Positions 45,165 through 57,653 of a DNA stretch of 64,000 nucleotides are shown here, one piece after another. The position numbers and the translations under genes were made by a program. A model generated the notes under the pieces. It was not told where the DNA came from and ran no database searches. It saw only the letters and a list, made by a program, of their open reading frames with translations. Each line of letters begins with the position of its first letter. Positions within the stretch are counted from its first letter, which is position 1. This stretch comes from the human T2T-CHM13v2.0 reference genome, Homo sapiens, in assembly GCF_009914755.1 (NCBI RefSeq), contig NC_060937.1. One strand, written 5' to 3'.

Positions 45165-45870
45165 TAACATTTTTACAACAACTTTACTGAGGTATAAATC
45201 ACAAAACATACAATTAACCCACTTAGAGTATACAATAGTTTTCATTAGTTTCACAGAGTTGTGCAACTGTCACTGCAATCAATTTTAGAACATTTTCATC
45301 CCTCCAAAAAAGAATCCTGTACCTATTAGCAGTCATTCTCCATCACCGACCTTCCCCCAACCCTCAGCAACTATTGATCTATTTTCTGTCTCTATGGATT
45401 TGCCTATTTGGGACATTTCATATAAATGGAATTATGCAATATATGGTCTTTTGTTATTCCATTATTTCACTTAGGATAATGTTTCCAAGGTTTACCCATG
45501 TTGCAGCATATATCAGCATTTCATTCCTTTCTACTGCCAAATAATATCCATTGTTGGAATATACTACATTTTATTTACCCAATCATCAGCTGATGAACAT
45601 TTGAGTTGTTTCGACTTCTTGACTATTTGAATAATGGTGCCACAAACCTTCCTGTACATGTTTTTACGTGGACATAGGTTTCCATTTTTCTTGGGCATAT
45701 ACCGAAGAGACTTGCTGTGTCATATAGTAACTCTATGTTTAACCTTTTGAGGAACTGACAGTTTTCCAAAGTGGCTGTATCACTTTATATCCCCACCAGC
45801 AACATATGAGGGTTCCAGGTTTTTCACACTCATGTCAATACTCATGATCTGTCTTTTTTATTATGGCAAT
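45165..45870 (-). mobile_element. L1MB-type 3' end
   Basis: aactttactgaggtataaatcac...gagggttccagg. Confidence 0.8.
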
Positions 45871-46078
45871 ATTTGTTTTTAAAAATGGTATGTCTTGATA
45901 TTTTGTAATACATTTAGATATCTTAAATTTTTTAATATATATTGTTTTACTGATGGTTTTGCTTTATGAATTCTGAACTTTCCAATGAAAGAAAACAACT
46001 ACTGAAGTCAATACATATTTGAGTATCAAAGACCCTAAACTGTCATTTTTGCTGTGGTTATTGCAACAAATAATTGGA

Positions 46079-46365
46079 TTTTTTTTTCTTTTTCTTTGAG
46101 ACAGGGTCTTACTCTGTTGCCCACGCTGGAGTGCAGTGGCTCATTGCAGCCTCAACCTCCTGGCCTGGCTCAAGTGATCCTCCCACCTCAGCCTTCTGAG
46201 TACTAGGCTACAGGCACGTGTCACCACAACTGGTTAATTTTTGTATTTTTTGTAGAGATGGGGTTTTGCCATGTTGCTCAGGCTGGTCTGGAACTCCTGG
46301 GCTCAAGCAATTCACCCGCCTCACCCTCCCAAAGTGACAGGGGGTGTGAGCCACCATGTCCAGCC
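46079..46365 (-). mobile_element. AluJ
   Basis: Reverse Alu dimer. Confidence 0.85.
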
Positions 46366-47060
46366 AGTAATTGCATTTTCTTTATGACAAAATTATTTTC
46401 AGAGCTTAGAACTGGATAAAACTTTTTCTCTACTTGTATATTCCTTCTACAAAGGAAAGCAGTCATTGCTTCTTTGCACTGACTGGTAGAAAGCTTAAAA
46501 CTAAAACTTTTCTTGGTTGGAAATTCTTGCTAAATTTTAATTTTTATTTTCATCTTTTATCTTGTAGGTATTTTTTGATACCTCTATATTAGTAAAAGCT
46601 AATTCACATCCCTTCTAGTGGGAAAGAGACTATAAAGAAGTAAAGAAATAAATATGTGGTAAGTACCCTTGATCTGCACAGCAATCTCAAGGCAGTAATT
46701 ATAAAGGATAAAACTGAGGATATGAGAAGTTATTTACCAAAGTCAGAAGCTTATAAGTGGCAAAACTGGTATTAGAATACAGATCTTGGAGTCCCTCATT
46801 TCAGTTCTTTATACTCTCTCAACATTCCATCATTCTGTTTAATACAGACATTTTATGGTATCTGAAAAGTATCCCAAAGTAGCTCCTGCAGAACCAACAC
46901 TTAAATGTAATAGAGTCCCTGTGATAAGATGTTCAACTGATATTTTATCCCAGTGATTGAGATAACTTTAAATGTTCCTCAATAGTCCCCACAATAGCTT
47001 AGCTCTGTAAGGAAAAAATGTGTTTATTTTTCATTGATAATTATAATTATTATAATAATG

Positions 47061-47363
47061 TTTTTTTTTTTTTTTTGAGACAGAGTCTTGCTCTGTCTCC
47101 CAAGCTGGAGTGCAGTGGCATGATCTCAGTTCACTGCAACCTCTGCCTCCCGGGTTCAAGTGATTCTCATGCCCCAGCCTCCTGAGTAGCTGGGACTATA
47201 GGCATGCACAACCACTCCAGGCTAACTGTATTTTTTGTATTTTTAGTAGAGACAAGTTTTGCCATGTTGGCCAGGCTGGTCTCAAACTCCTGGACTCAAG
47301 TGATCTGCCTGCCTTGGCCTCCCAAAGTACTAGGATTACAGGTGTGAGCCACCACACCTGGCC
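47061..47363 (-). mobile_element. AluS (Sz-like), CpG-depleted
   Basis: Reverse Alu dimer, tataattatta-like flanks. Confidence 0.85.
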
Positions 47364-48615
47364 TATAATTATTATTTAAATTATTAATTTTCTACTAATG
47401 CTGAGAAAGATGGTATAAGACATAAAAATCTAATGTTTGTCTAATGATATGGGTCAAGGCACCTAATATTAATAGTTAGCTAAAGAATAGGGGAAAATAT
47501 TTACAAATAATTCCAATGTAGAATGATTTATAGAAAGTTACTTTATATTTTTCCACATTACATTTTAAAGTTACTTAAAATATTTTTGGCTACATGAAAT
47601 TTATATATTCTTCCTTAAGGAAAGAAAATAAACTTTTATAGAAGAAGTTACAGAAATGCACTTGGTATTCATTACTGGTGATACATAATAGAATTTAGGT
47701 TTAGTGCCAGATATAGGGTGAGAACACCATTAGCTGGAAACTATACTTACCTCTAGGTGATTTCTATAAATCTGAAGTCCAATGATTTCACTTATTAAAG
47801 TGGACAAATAAGTTATATGTTCCGGACCTAGGTGACAGTTACAAAAACTATCTAAAAGACAAAAACAGTCTAACCATGAATGAGAGGATTCAATACATTT
47901 TATAAATGCCTCAAAAGAACTCTTTTCTTATCCTCATTCTATCTCCACATCTGGACTTGAGTATTGTGAACAATTGCAGTTTGGTCTAAAGAATTAGTCC
48001 ATCACTATGAATTACCACACATCACAAAATGACTTAAATCACCAGTGTTAAGTAAGTGGTAGGACCTTATGATTGAATAAATATTGGTTTTCTAGAATTG
48101 TAAAAACCTCAGAAAGTGTATAGTTTTGCTTCAATCATTTTACAGGTGTGGGAAATAAACATGAGGTGAAGGGACTTGCCCAAGATGTCCTAAGTTCATG
48201 GCAGAGTGGAGACTACAAACAAGTTTATTTAAGATTGAAGGTTGTTCTACGACACCATAATATTTCAAGTCAAAACTTAAAATGGACTTGATTTTCGGCT
48301 TTGTTTAAACCTGCAATTTAAAAAACTGAGCAAGATCCAGCCCAAAATGGCAAAAAGGTTTTATGAATACACACTTTTTGCTAACAGTCAACTAGAAACC
48401 AAATAGAATAGCAACGTTACTATCAGAGCAGATCATGGGTATATTATTGAAAGCAAGTGTAATGATGCCAGCCTTCAGATTCCCTAGGATATTTTAAAAC
48501 TCTCAAGCACTTCTATTACATAGTTTAGGGTCACTGGAGAAAATTACTTTTATGCAGACAAAGGAACACACGTCTGGAAAAGGAACTAAAGAAAAATGTG
48601 GCAGTTCTTATCTAT

Positions 48616-48621
48616 TTTATT
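48616..48621 (-). terminator. Candidate polyadenylation signal AATAAA for the CCDC169 terminal exon
   Basis: TTTATT on + strand, about 90 nt 3' of the stop codon. Confidence 0.6.
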
Positions 48622-48713
48622 CCCTGAAGAAATGTGCTGACCATTAACTTTATAACTTGAATATTATAAATGGAAAAAAAAAGGAAGAAATAGAAATCCA
48701 TCCAGTTCTGGAA

Positions 48714-48833
<120 letters not shown>

Positions 48834-50030
48834 TCATAATTTTTCAGTCACCATTATGTACAACAAAAACATTATAGGCCACACAGGAAGAAATGTATAT
48901 TGCACCTTGTTCCCCCCAACAGACCTTCACACAGAAACCTTCCTGTGAATAGTTTCTGCTTACAGTGCAAATCTTAGGCAGCCTTCTGTTATAGCACATC
49001 ATCTCCACCGCTACAGAGGCATACAGCTTAAGGGCAGGTAATTCAAAGGCTGGAAGCAGCATGTCAGGTGCCCTAATGTGGAAAGTTCTGTCTAATGAGG
49101 ATAAGACAGATCCGTGAATTCCTTTTCTTAGATTTCCATGAGATCCTTTTTCCATTAATGACTTATGTGGCACTAAAAAGCCAACCTTCCTTACACTCTG
49201 ACTTGAGAGAGTTAAAGGCCACTTCAATTTCCTAAAAACTTTCTTAGGGGGTGATGGCAGCAAAATGACAGAGTCATTTAAAGTCTTTCTCTATTAAGTC
49301 TAACATCTGGACTTCCTCAGGGAAAGTGTTTATTTGTTGCTTTTTTTCTTGTATAAGAGCCATGTTTTCTTGTCTCTTCTCATATATTGTAATTTTGTTT
49401 TGAAAACTGGATGTTTTAAAATATGTAACATGTAAGAACTTGTCATTTTCTCTTCATTAAAATGAAGGATAAAATTCTCTCCTCCATAAAAGTGATGACA
49501 AATTGGCAATATGGTTAGAAGCAACTTTATCAAAACCCTGGAAATTAACGAAAGTGTTGCAACAATCCTGGAGAATTTATAAAATAACAACAACAGCAAC
49601 AAACGGCTGAAACTTCGAACACTGAGCTTTGTAGCATTTTAACTTGCCCTATGCCTATCCACTGTTCCCCTGACTTTCATCCCCAGCTCCATGGTAGCCT
49701 TGAAAACCAACAGCGCACAATTGCAGTGAAAACTCAGTAGCCTGGTGGACACCATAAGAGGTGGAATAGGGTTGGAGATCCTTTAACACCTATTTCATTC
49801 CAAGAGGAATTTCATTATTTAAACAGTCTGGTGATTACTTGAAAGACCACTTACAAAGCTATCTTTATTTGACCTGACATGGAGATGGTCCAGTGTAAAT
49901 AGCCTTTTCCCTAGGGGCATTTGCTGGAACAATAAGAAACCACTGTTTAATTTCAGAGCTGCCAGAGGTAGTAGATAACAATTGAGGCAAAAAATAGGCT
50001 AACCAGGAAGCTTAAAAGGAAAAGCTGAGA

Positions 50031-50407
50031 GGCCAGGCTCAGTGGCTCTCACCTGTAATCCCAGCACTTTGGGAGGCTAAGGGAGGCAGGTGGATCACTT
50101 GAGGCCAGGAGTTTGAGACCAGCCTGGCCAGTATGATGAAACCCCACTTGTACTAAGAATACAAAAAAAGATGAGCCGAGATTGCGCCACTGCAGTCCGC
50201 AGTCCGGCCTGGGCGACAGAGCGAGACTCCGTCTCAAAAAAAAAAAAGAATACAAAAAAAGAAAAAAAAATTAGCCAGGCATGGTGCTGCATGCCTATAA
50301 TCTCAGCTAGTTGGGAGGCTGAGACATGAGAATCACTTGAGCCTGAGGCAGAGGTTGCAGTGAGCCGAGATCAGCCTAGGCAACAGAGTGAGACTCTGTC
50401 TCTAAAA
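50031..50407 (+). mobile_element. AluS host element
   Basis: TSD AAAAGGAAAAGCTGAGA (50014-50030, 50408-50424). Confidence 0.9.
50172..50245 (+). mobile_element. 5'-truncated AluYb8-lineage insertion nested in the host Alu's middle A-rich linker
   Basis: Yb diagnostic duplication GCAGTCCGCAGTCCGGCC; TSD AAGAATACAAAAAAAGA (50155-50171, 50246-50262). Confidence 0.92.
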
Positions 50408-51302
50408 AAAAGGAAAAGCTGAGAAATGAGTGTTAATAAGCTCCATTATATTTCTTGGAATCTAGAAGCCCATACACATGTGTAACTGTGGGTATGCATA
50501 GGACTGTGTGCATACTCAGGAAAGGCCTGAAAAGGCCCTAAGCTCTTGCCTCTGGCTGACCTTGAGGCTCTGCACAAGCAGGAAGTAAAGAATAAGGTAG
50601 AGTTGTAATTTGCCTGGCCGACTGTTGAAGGCATGCTCCAACACACACACACAGAGCCCATCAGCAAAGGCTAGGAGATTTATTGATGCTAGGCATTTAA
50701 ATAAATCTGTTCAATCATTAGCTGACCCCTAAGCTAACTCAGCAGAGACTTCAGTGTCCACCCCAACAAAGAATACAGATTTTACATAATTATTTTAGAA
50801 AAGTCACTAAACAAGCAGCAGCAAAAACAGTGACAACAACAAACCCTGGGGAGGGGAAAGAAACTAATATACAGAGTGGCCATGTTACATATTTTAAAAC
50901 ATCCAGTTTTCAAAACAAAATTACAATATATGAGAAGAGACAAGAAAACATGGCTCTTATACAAGAAAAAAAGCAACAAATAAACACTTTCCCTGAGGAA
51001 GTCCAGATGTTAGACTTAATAGAGAAAGACTTTAAATCTACTATTTTAAAGAACTAAAGGAAATCATATCTATAGAGGAAATTATGAGAATGATGTCTCA
51101 CCAAATCAAGAATACTAATAAGAGATAGAAATTATTTAAAAAGAACCAAATAGGCATTCTGGAGTTGAAAAAGAATATAAATGCAATGAAGAATTCACTA
51201 GAAGAGCTCAACGGCAGATTGGAGCAGACACAAGAGTCAATGAAGTTAAAGATTTGTCAATTAAGATCGTCTGGTTTGAGCAAGAGATAACAAAGAATAA
51301 AG

Positions 51303-51838
51303 TGAAGGAAATTAAAATATTTTCCCCCAAAATATATTTCTTTGACATATTTTAAAATGTCAGTCTCTTGGCCAGCAGGCAGAAATGGCCTTACAAAGCT
51401 GTCTTAAGTGGGAAAGTTTGCATTAATGTGGAGAATCTCCACTAATGCAACTGTGCCACCTCTCCTTTCTATGCTTTTCCCCAGATCTAGGAGAGACTGA
51501 AAGTCTGACACATTTAAAAGTCTGAGAAGAAACATTTACCATCTATTCTCTCTGAGGGTGGCTTCATCTACATAAAAAGTCCACCTTTGTTCGCCAAACC
51601 TTTTCTCCCTGCTCCCAAAACCTTTTTTAAAATCAGAATCTAAGCCCCCACTCTTTCTGTAACCTCAAAATGGTATATAAGTTTCTATAACTCATTGGGA
51701 AGTTGGGTCTTCATTCTGAAGACTCCCATGTATACATATTAAATAAATCTGTGTGCCTTTTCTCCTATTAATAAATATGATTCATGTCTGTGATTTTTAG
51801 CAAACTTCAGGGGCGAAGAGCCTATGGCGGCCCCCACT
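51303..51838 (+). mobile_element. MER34/MER39-group ERV1 solo LTR
   Basis: tgaaggaaattaaaatattttcccccaaaatat start; 4-bp TSD AAAG. Confidence 0.75.
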
Positions 51839-54348
51839 AAAGAAAACTGAACAGTCTCAGAGACCTGTAAAACACTATCAACTATACCAACATATGTATA
51901 ATGAGTGTCCCAGAAGGAGAGGGGAAAGAAAAGGACAGATAGAATATTTGAAAAATAATAGCTAAAAATTTCCCAAATTTCATTAAAAATATTGATCTAC
52001 AAATTTAAGAAGCCTAACAAATTCCAAGATGAATATCCAGACACATCATAATAAAACTATCAAAAGCCAATACAAACAGGGAATCTTGAAAGCAGCTAGA
52101 ATGAAGCAACTCACTCTGTAAAAGGGATCTTCAATAGGAGTAACAACTGATTTCTCATCAGAAACTATGAAGGCCTGAAGACAGGGAGATGAAATATTTA
52201 AAGTGCTATAAGGAAAAAGACTTTCAACTAAGAATTCTATATGCAACAAAACTATCCTTCTAAAATAAAAGAAAAATTAAACATTTCCAGATAAGCAAAA
52301 ACAGAAGGAATTAATCATCAGCAAACCTGCCCTATAAAAAAATAGTAGAGACTTTTGTGTTGAAATAAAAGGACATTTGATAGAAGTGTAAATTCACATG
52401 AAGAAATAAAGAAAACTGGCAAAGATAACTACATAGGTAAACATAAAAATAGGATAAATGTAGTTTTTGTTTGTAATTCTTCTTTTTAAATCTCCTAACT
52501 GATTAAGAAAATAACTGCATGAGCAATAATTGTAAATCTGTTGATGGAAACAAAATGTATAAACTTGTAATTTGTATGACAATAACAGCACAAAGAAGGT
52601 GAAGGGAATGGAGCTACATAGGAAAGAACTTTTGGTACACTATTGAAATTAAGTTGTTTTGAACCTAAAGTAGATTGTTATAAATTAATATCTTAATTGT
52701 AATTCCCAGGCAACCACTGAGACCAAGACCAGATGGCTTCGCTGGTAAATTCTACCACATATTAAATCATACATATATAAAACCAATCCTTCACACGCAC
52801 TTCATAAAAATGAAATAGGAGAGAACACCTTCCAACTTATTTTATGAGGCAAATATTACTCTTATTTTCTTCTTTCTGCTTATTTGGGGTTTAGTTTGCT
52901 CCTCTTTTTCAAGTTTCTTAAGGTAAAAGATTTGATTTTTTATTTGAAATGATTTATTTAAAAATATATTTACGGCCATAAATTTCTCTCTAAGCACTAA
53001 ACCTGATAAAGAAAATCTATGAACAAAATTTACAGCTAACATTATATTTAATGTAAAAACCAAAAGCTTTCTCTCTAAGATAAGGAACAAGTTAAGGATG
53101 TTCACTATTACCACTTCTATTCAACATTGTATAGGAGGTTCCAGCCAGGGCAATTAGGCAAGAAAAATAGATAAAAGGCATCCAAATTAGAAGAAAAAAA
53201 AAAGAAGTAAAACAATCTCTATTTAGGTGACATGTTCTTATATATAGAAAATACTAAGGCATACACATTCACATACAGACACAGACACATACATGCATTT
53301 ATGAGATCTAATAAGTTCCTCAGGGTTTCTGGATTTAAGATCAATATGCAAAAATCAACTGTATTTCTAGACACCAGCAATATACAGTCCTAAAATGAAA
53401 TTTAAAACTTAATTCTGTTTCAAACTGCATCAAAAAGAATACAGTTTTAGGAATAAATTTAGCCAAAGAATTGCAAGATTTGTACACTAAAATCTATAAA
53501 ATATCTATGAAAGAAATTAAAGAAGATCTAAATGAATAGAAAGAAATTCATGTTCTTGGATTAGAAGACTTAATATTGTTAAGATGGCAACACTACCCAA
53601 AGTGATCTACAGATTCAACATACTCTCTCCATCAAAACACCAGCTATATTTTGTGAAGAAATTGACAAGTGGATCCTAAATCCACATGGAAATAAAAGGG
53701 ACTCTGAATAACCAAAACAATCTTGAAAAAGAACAATAAAATTGGAGTACTCGCACTTCTTGATTTTAAACTCACTAAAAAGTTAGTCATCCAGACAGTA
53801 TGGTATTGGCATAAGGATAGAGTTATAGATCAATGAAACACAACTGGGAGTCTAAGAGTAAACCCATATGTTACGGTCAATTGTTTTTTTACAAGAGTGC
53901 CAAGAGCATTTAATTGGCAAAGGATAGTGTCTTCAACCTATGGTGTTAGGACAACTGAATAAATACAGGCAAAAGAGTGAAACTGGACGCCTACCTCACA
54001 TCATATACAAAAATGAACTCAAAATGGGTGAAAAGGGAGCTAAAACTATAAAACTCTTAGAAGAAAACATAGGTTAGGCAATGACTTCTTATGTATGACA
54101 CCTAACACACAAGCAAGCAAGAAAAAGTAGATGATGGTCTTTATCAAAATTGAGAACTTTTGTGTTTCTAAAGATATCATCAAGAAAATAAAAATACCAT
54201 CCATAGAATGGGAAAAAATTATAAATCTTTTATCTGATAAGGTCTCATACTCAGAATATAAAATGCTCTCAATGCAATATAATAGAGACAAACAAACCAA
54301 TTTAATAATAGGCAAAGGACTTGAATAGACATTTCTCCAAAGAAGATA

Positions 54349-54682
54349 CAGTTGTCCCTCTACATCCAAGGGTGATTGGTTCCAGGACCCCCATGGATAC
54401 CAAAATTCACAGATGCTCAAGTCCCTTACATAAAACGGTGTCATATTTCCACATAATGTACACACATAATCCAGTATACTTTAAATCATCTCTAGATTAC
54501 TTAACATTAGATTACATTAACACAAAAGTAAATGCTATATAAATAGATGTTATACTTTGTTGGGTTTTTAAAAATTATTTATTATTATTGTATTATTATT
54601 ATTATTATTTTCCCCAATTTTTTTTGATCCACAGTTGGTTGAATTCATGGATGCAGAATTTGTGGATATGGAAGGCTATCTG
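54349..54682. mobile_element. MER2 (TcMar-Tigger)
   Basis: cagttgtccctc...ggctatctg termini with TA flanks. Confidence 0.85.
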
Positions 54683-55236
54683 TATAGAAATGGCCAACAA
54701 GTACAAGAAAAGATTTCAACATCATTAGTCATTAGGAAAGTGCAAATCAAAACCACAGTAAGATATCACTTCACATCCACTAGGATGGTTAAATTTTTTT
54801 AAATAAAGGACAACATGTGTTGATAAGGATGTGGAGAAATTGGAACCCTGATACACAGCTAATGGGAATATAAAATGGTACAGCCACTATAGAAAATAGC
54901 TTGGCAGTTCCTCAAAAAGATAAACAAAATGGAATTAACCCAGCAATTCCACTTCTAGGCATGCACCAAAGAGAATTAAAAATATTTGCACACAAAACTT
55001 GTACAGGGATGTTCATAGTAGCATTATTCATAATAGTGAAGAGGTGTAAACATGTAAATGTTCATCAGCTGATGATTCGGTAAATAAAATGTGGCATATC
55101 CAAAAACTGGAATATTACTCTGTCACAGAAAGGAATAAGGAATTCGTATATGTTCCAACATGGATGAACCATGAAAATGTTATATTAAGCAGCAGAAGGT
55201 AAACACCCAAATTCACATATTGTATGCTCCCATTTA

Positions 55237-55575
55237 CAGTTGGAAATGTGCCACATAACATTTCAGTCAGCAATGGACTGCATATATGACAGTATTCCTG
55301 TAAGATTATAATACTGTATTTGTACTGTACCTTTTCTATGTTTAGATACACAAATACTTACCATTGTGTTACAATTGTCAGAGTGTTCCCTACAGTAATA
55401 TGCTGTACAGGTTTGTAACTTAGGAGCAAGAGGCTATACCATATAGCTAGGTGTGAAGTAGGATCTACCATCTAGGTTTTTGTAAGCGCACTCTGATGTT
55501 TGCACAATGACAAAATTGCCTTATGACACACTTCTCACAACATGTCCCCATCATTAAGGGACACATGACTGACTG
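55237..55575. mobile_element. Tigger3a/MER7A-like
   Basis: ...gtaagattataatactgta...gacacatgactg. Confidence 0.75.
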
Positions 55576-56468
55576 TATATGAAATAACAAGACCAGAGAA
55601 AACCATAAAAACAGAAAGCAGATTAGTAATTGCCAGGAGTTTAGTGGAAGGGGGTTTGGGAACTAACTGCTCATTCATACAGGCTTTCTTTTTGGGGTGA
55701 TGAAAATGTTCTGGAATCAGTTAGTGGTGATGCTTGCATGACCCCATGAATATACGAAAAATCACTGAGTTGTACACTTTATTATTTTTATTTTAAAAAA
55801 GTTTTTAAATGGGGTCTGGCTCTGTTGCCCAAGCTGCAATGCAGTGGCACGAACATAGCTCACGGCAGCCTTCAACTCCTGGGCTCAAGTGATTGTCCTG
55901 CCTTGGCCTTCCAAAGTGCTAAGGATACAGAGCTGTAGGCTAAAAGGATAATTTTTTTGGTATGTGAATAATATCTCAATTAAAAAATTTTTTTAAATGT
56001 GCTTTGGGAATAATCCATTTCCTGTTAAAATTTTCTTTAGTTTATTAATCATGTTTAAAAATGATTTCTTCTGGTGAAATATGGAATTAACCACAATCAT
56101 TCAATTATTATGTCTAATTAATATAGCTCATTATAGATATTTATTATTTATAGTACTAAATGATTTTCTATTACACTAAGGATGTTTTGAGTAGCTTCCA
56201 AAATATGGCCCATTTCTAAAAGATCTAACTAACATGATGACACAAGTGTCTGAATAATAACTAACTAATGACACTAATGATGAAGCTGAGGTACTTCACT
56301 GGTAAAAGATATTTAATCACTGTCTTTTAGAGCAGTGTTTTCCAAACTGCAGAATGCAACTCATTAGTGGATTGATTTACTGAATTACAATAGCAATATA
56401 AAAATAACAGAAAAGGAAACAGAACAGAAGAGGAAAAAGAACATATATTAATAAAAAGAACAGAAAAG

Positions 56469-56790
56469 GGGCCAGGTGCAGTGATTCATGCCTGTAATCC
56501 CAGCACTTTAGGAGGCCAAGGTGGGAGATTGCTTGAGCCCAGGAGATTAATACCAGCCTGAAAAAACATGGCAAGACCCTGTCCATATTCTCTACAGAAA
56601 ATCAAAAAATGAGCTGGACATGGTGGCTCATGCCTATAGTCCTAGCTACTCAGGAGGCTGAGGCAGGGGGATCTCTTGAGCCTGGGAGTTTAGGGTTAAA
56701 GTGAGCAATCATTGTACCACTGCACTGTAGCTGGGGCAACAGCACAAGACCTGTCTCTTTAAAAAAAAGAAAAAAAAAAAAAGAAAAAGA
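56469..56790 (+). mobile_element. AluJ
   Basis: Diverged Alu dimer with A-tail. Confidence 0.85.
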
Positions 56791-57318
56791 AGTATCAATA
56801 TGCATCACACATAGTAAGAGAAAATATTCTTTCATAAACTGTAAAATATGTGAATATATATGTGGGTATAGGGATCACAATATGGTGTCAGTCATGGTCA
56901 ACACAGTTTGGAAACCATTCTATGCTCCTGAGTATTATGATTTTTAAATAAATAATAGTGGTTAAGCCTCCAGCAAGTTTATGTTATTAATAGCAAAACA
57001 GACACTTGCAGTTCCAAATTATTGTCATATGTATTTTTCTGTCCTCACAAATCAATACATTGTTACTCTGCTGATTCTTTATATTCAGTAAAGCACTATA
57101 GTAATGATAATAGTTAGTGTTTGTTGAATTAGGGATTTTTAAAAATAATCTCTAATTCTCATACCAATCATTCATTTTGGGTTTCATCTCTTCATCTTAT
57201 GGGGGAGAAAATGGAATCTGAGAGTGGTTACTTATATAAAGTCACATTAAATAATAAGAAATGGAGGCAAAAATTGATTGGTCTATCTGCTCCAAAGTCA
57301 GTGCCGATTTTCATTTAC

Positions 57319-57653
57319 ACTTGTCCCCCCTTTATCCATGGTTTTACTTTCCAGTTTCAGTTTCCTGTGGTCAGCCATGGTCCCAAAATAGGTGATTATG
57401 GTACAATAAGCTATTTTGAGAGAGAGAGAGACACCACATTCATATAACTTTTATTACAGTATGCTGTTATAATTAAGTTGTATTATTAGTTACTGCTAAT
57501 CTCTTCCTATGCCTAAATTGTAAATTTAATTTTATCATAGATATCTATGTATGTAAAAAAACTTAGCATACACAGGGTGCAGTACTATCCATGGTTTTGG
57601 TATCCACTGGTGGTCTTTGGAATGTATCTCTCTTGGGTAAGAGAGGACTACTG
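57319..57653. mobile_element. MER44A-like (Tigger7)
   Basis: cccccctttatccatggttttac...ggactactgta. Confidence 0.75.

Larger units (their letters stand above)
49276..51037. repeat. Perfect inverted repeat, arms 49276-49432 and 50881-51037 (157 bp each), spacer 1448 bp
   Basis: Base-by-base reverse-complement comparison: 157/157 identical. Confidence 0.95.
49245..55985 (+). mobile_element. Rearranged old L1M (5' UTR, ORF1, partial ORF2, 3' end) with many nested elements
   Basis: L1M 5' UTR (aaaattctctcctccataaaag), ORF1-like 51040-52360, ORF2-like 52720-54340 and 54690-55230, 3' end near 55980. Confidence 0.75.

Noticed and set aside
48844-49263. 139-aa minus-strand ORF just upstream of the CCDC169 last exon
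   Set aside because: Non-ATG start, no recognisable motif, stops before the acceptor; consistent with chance
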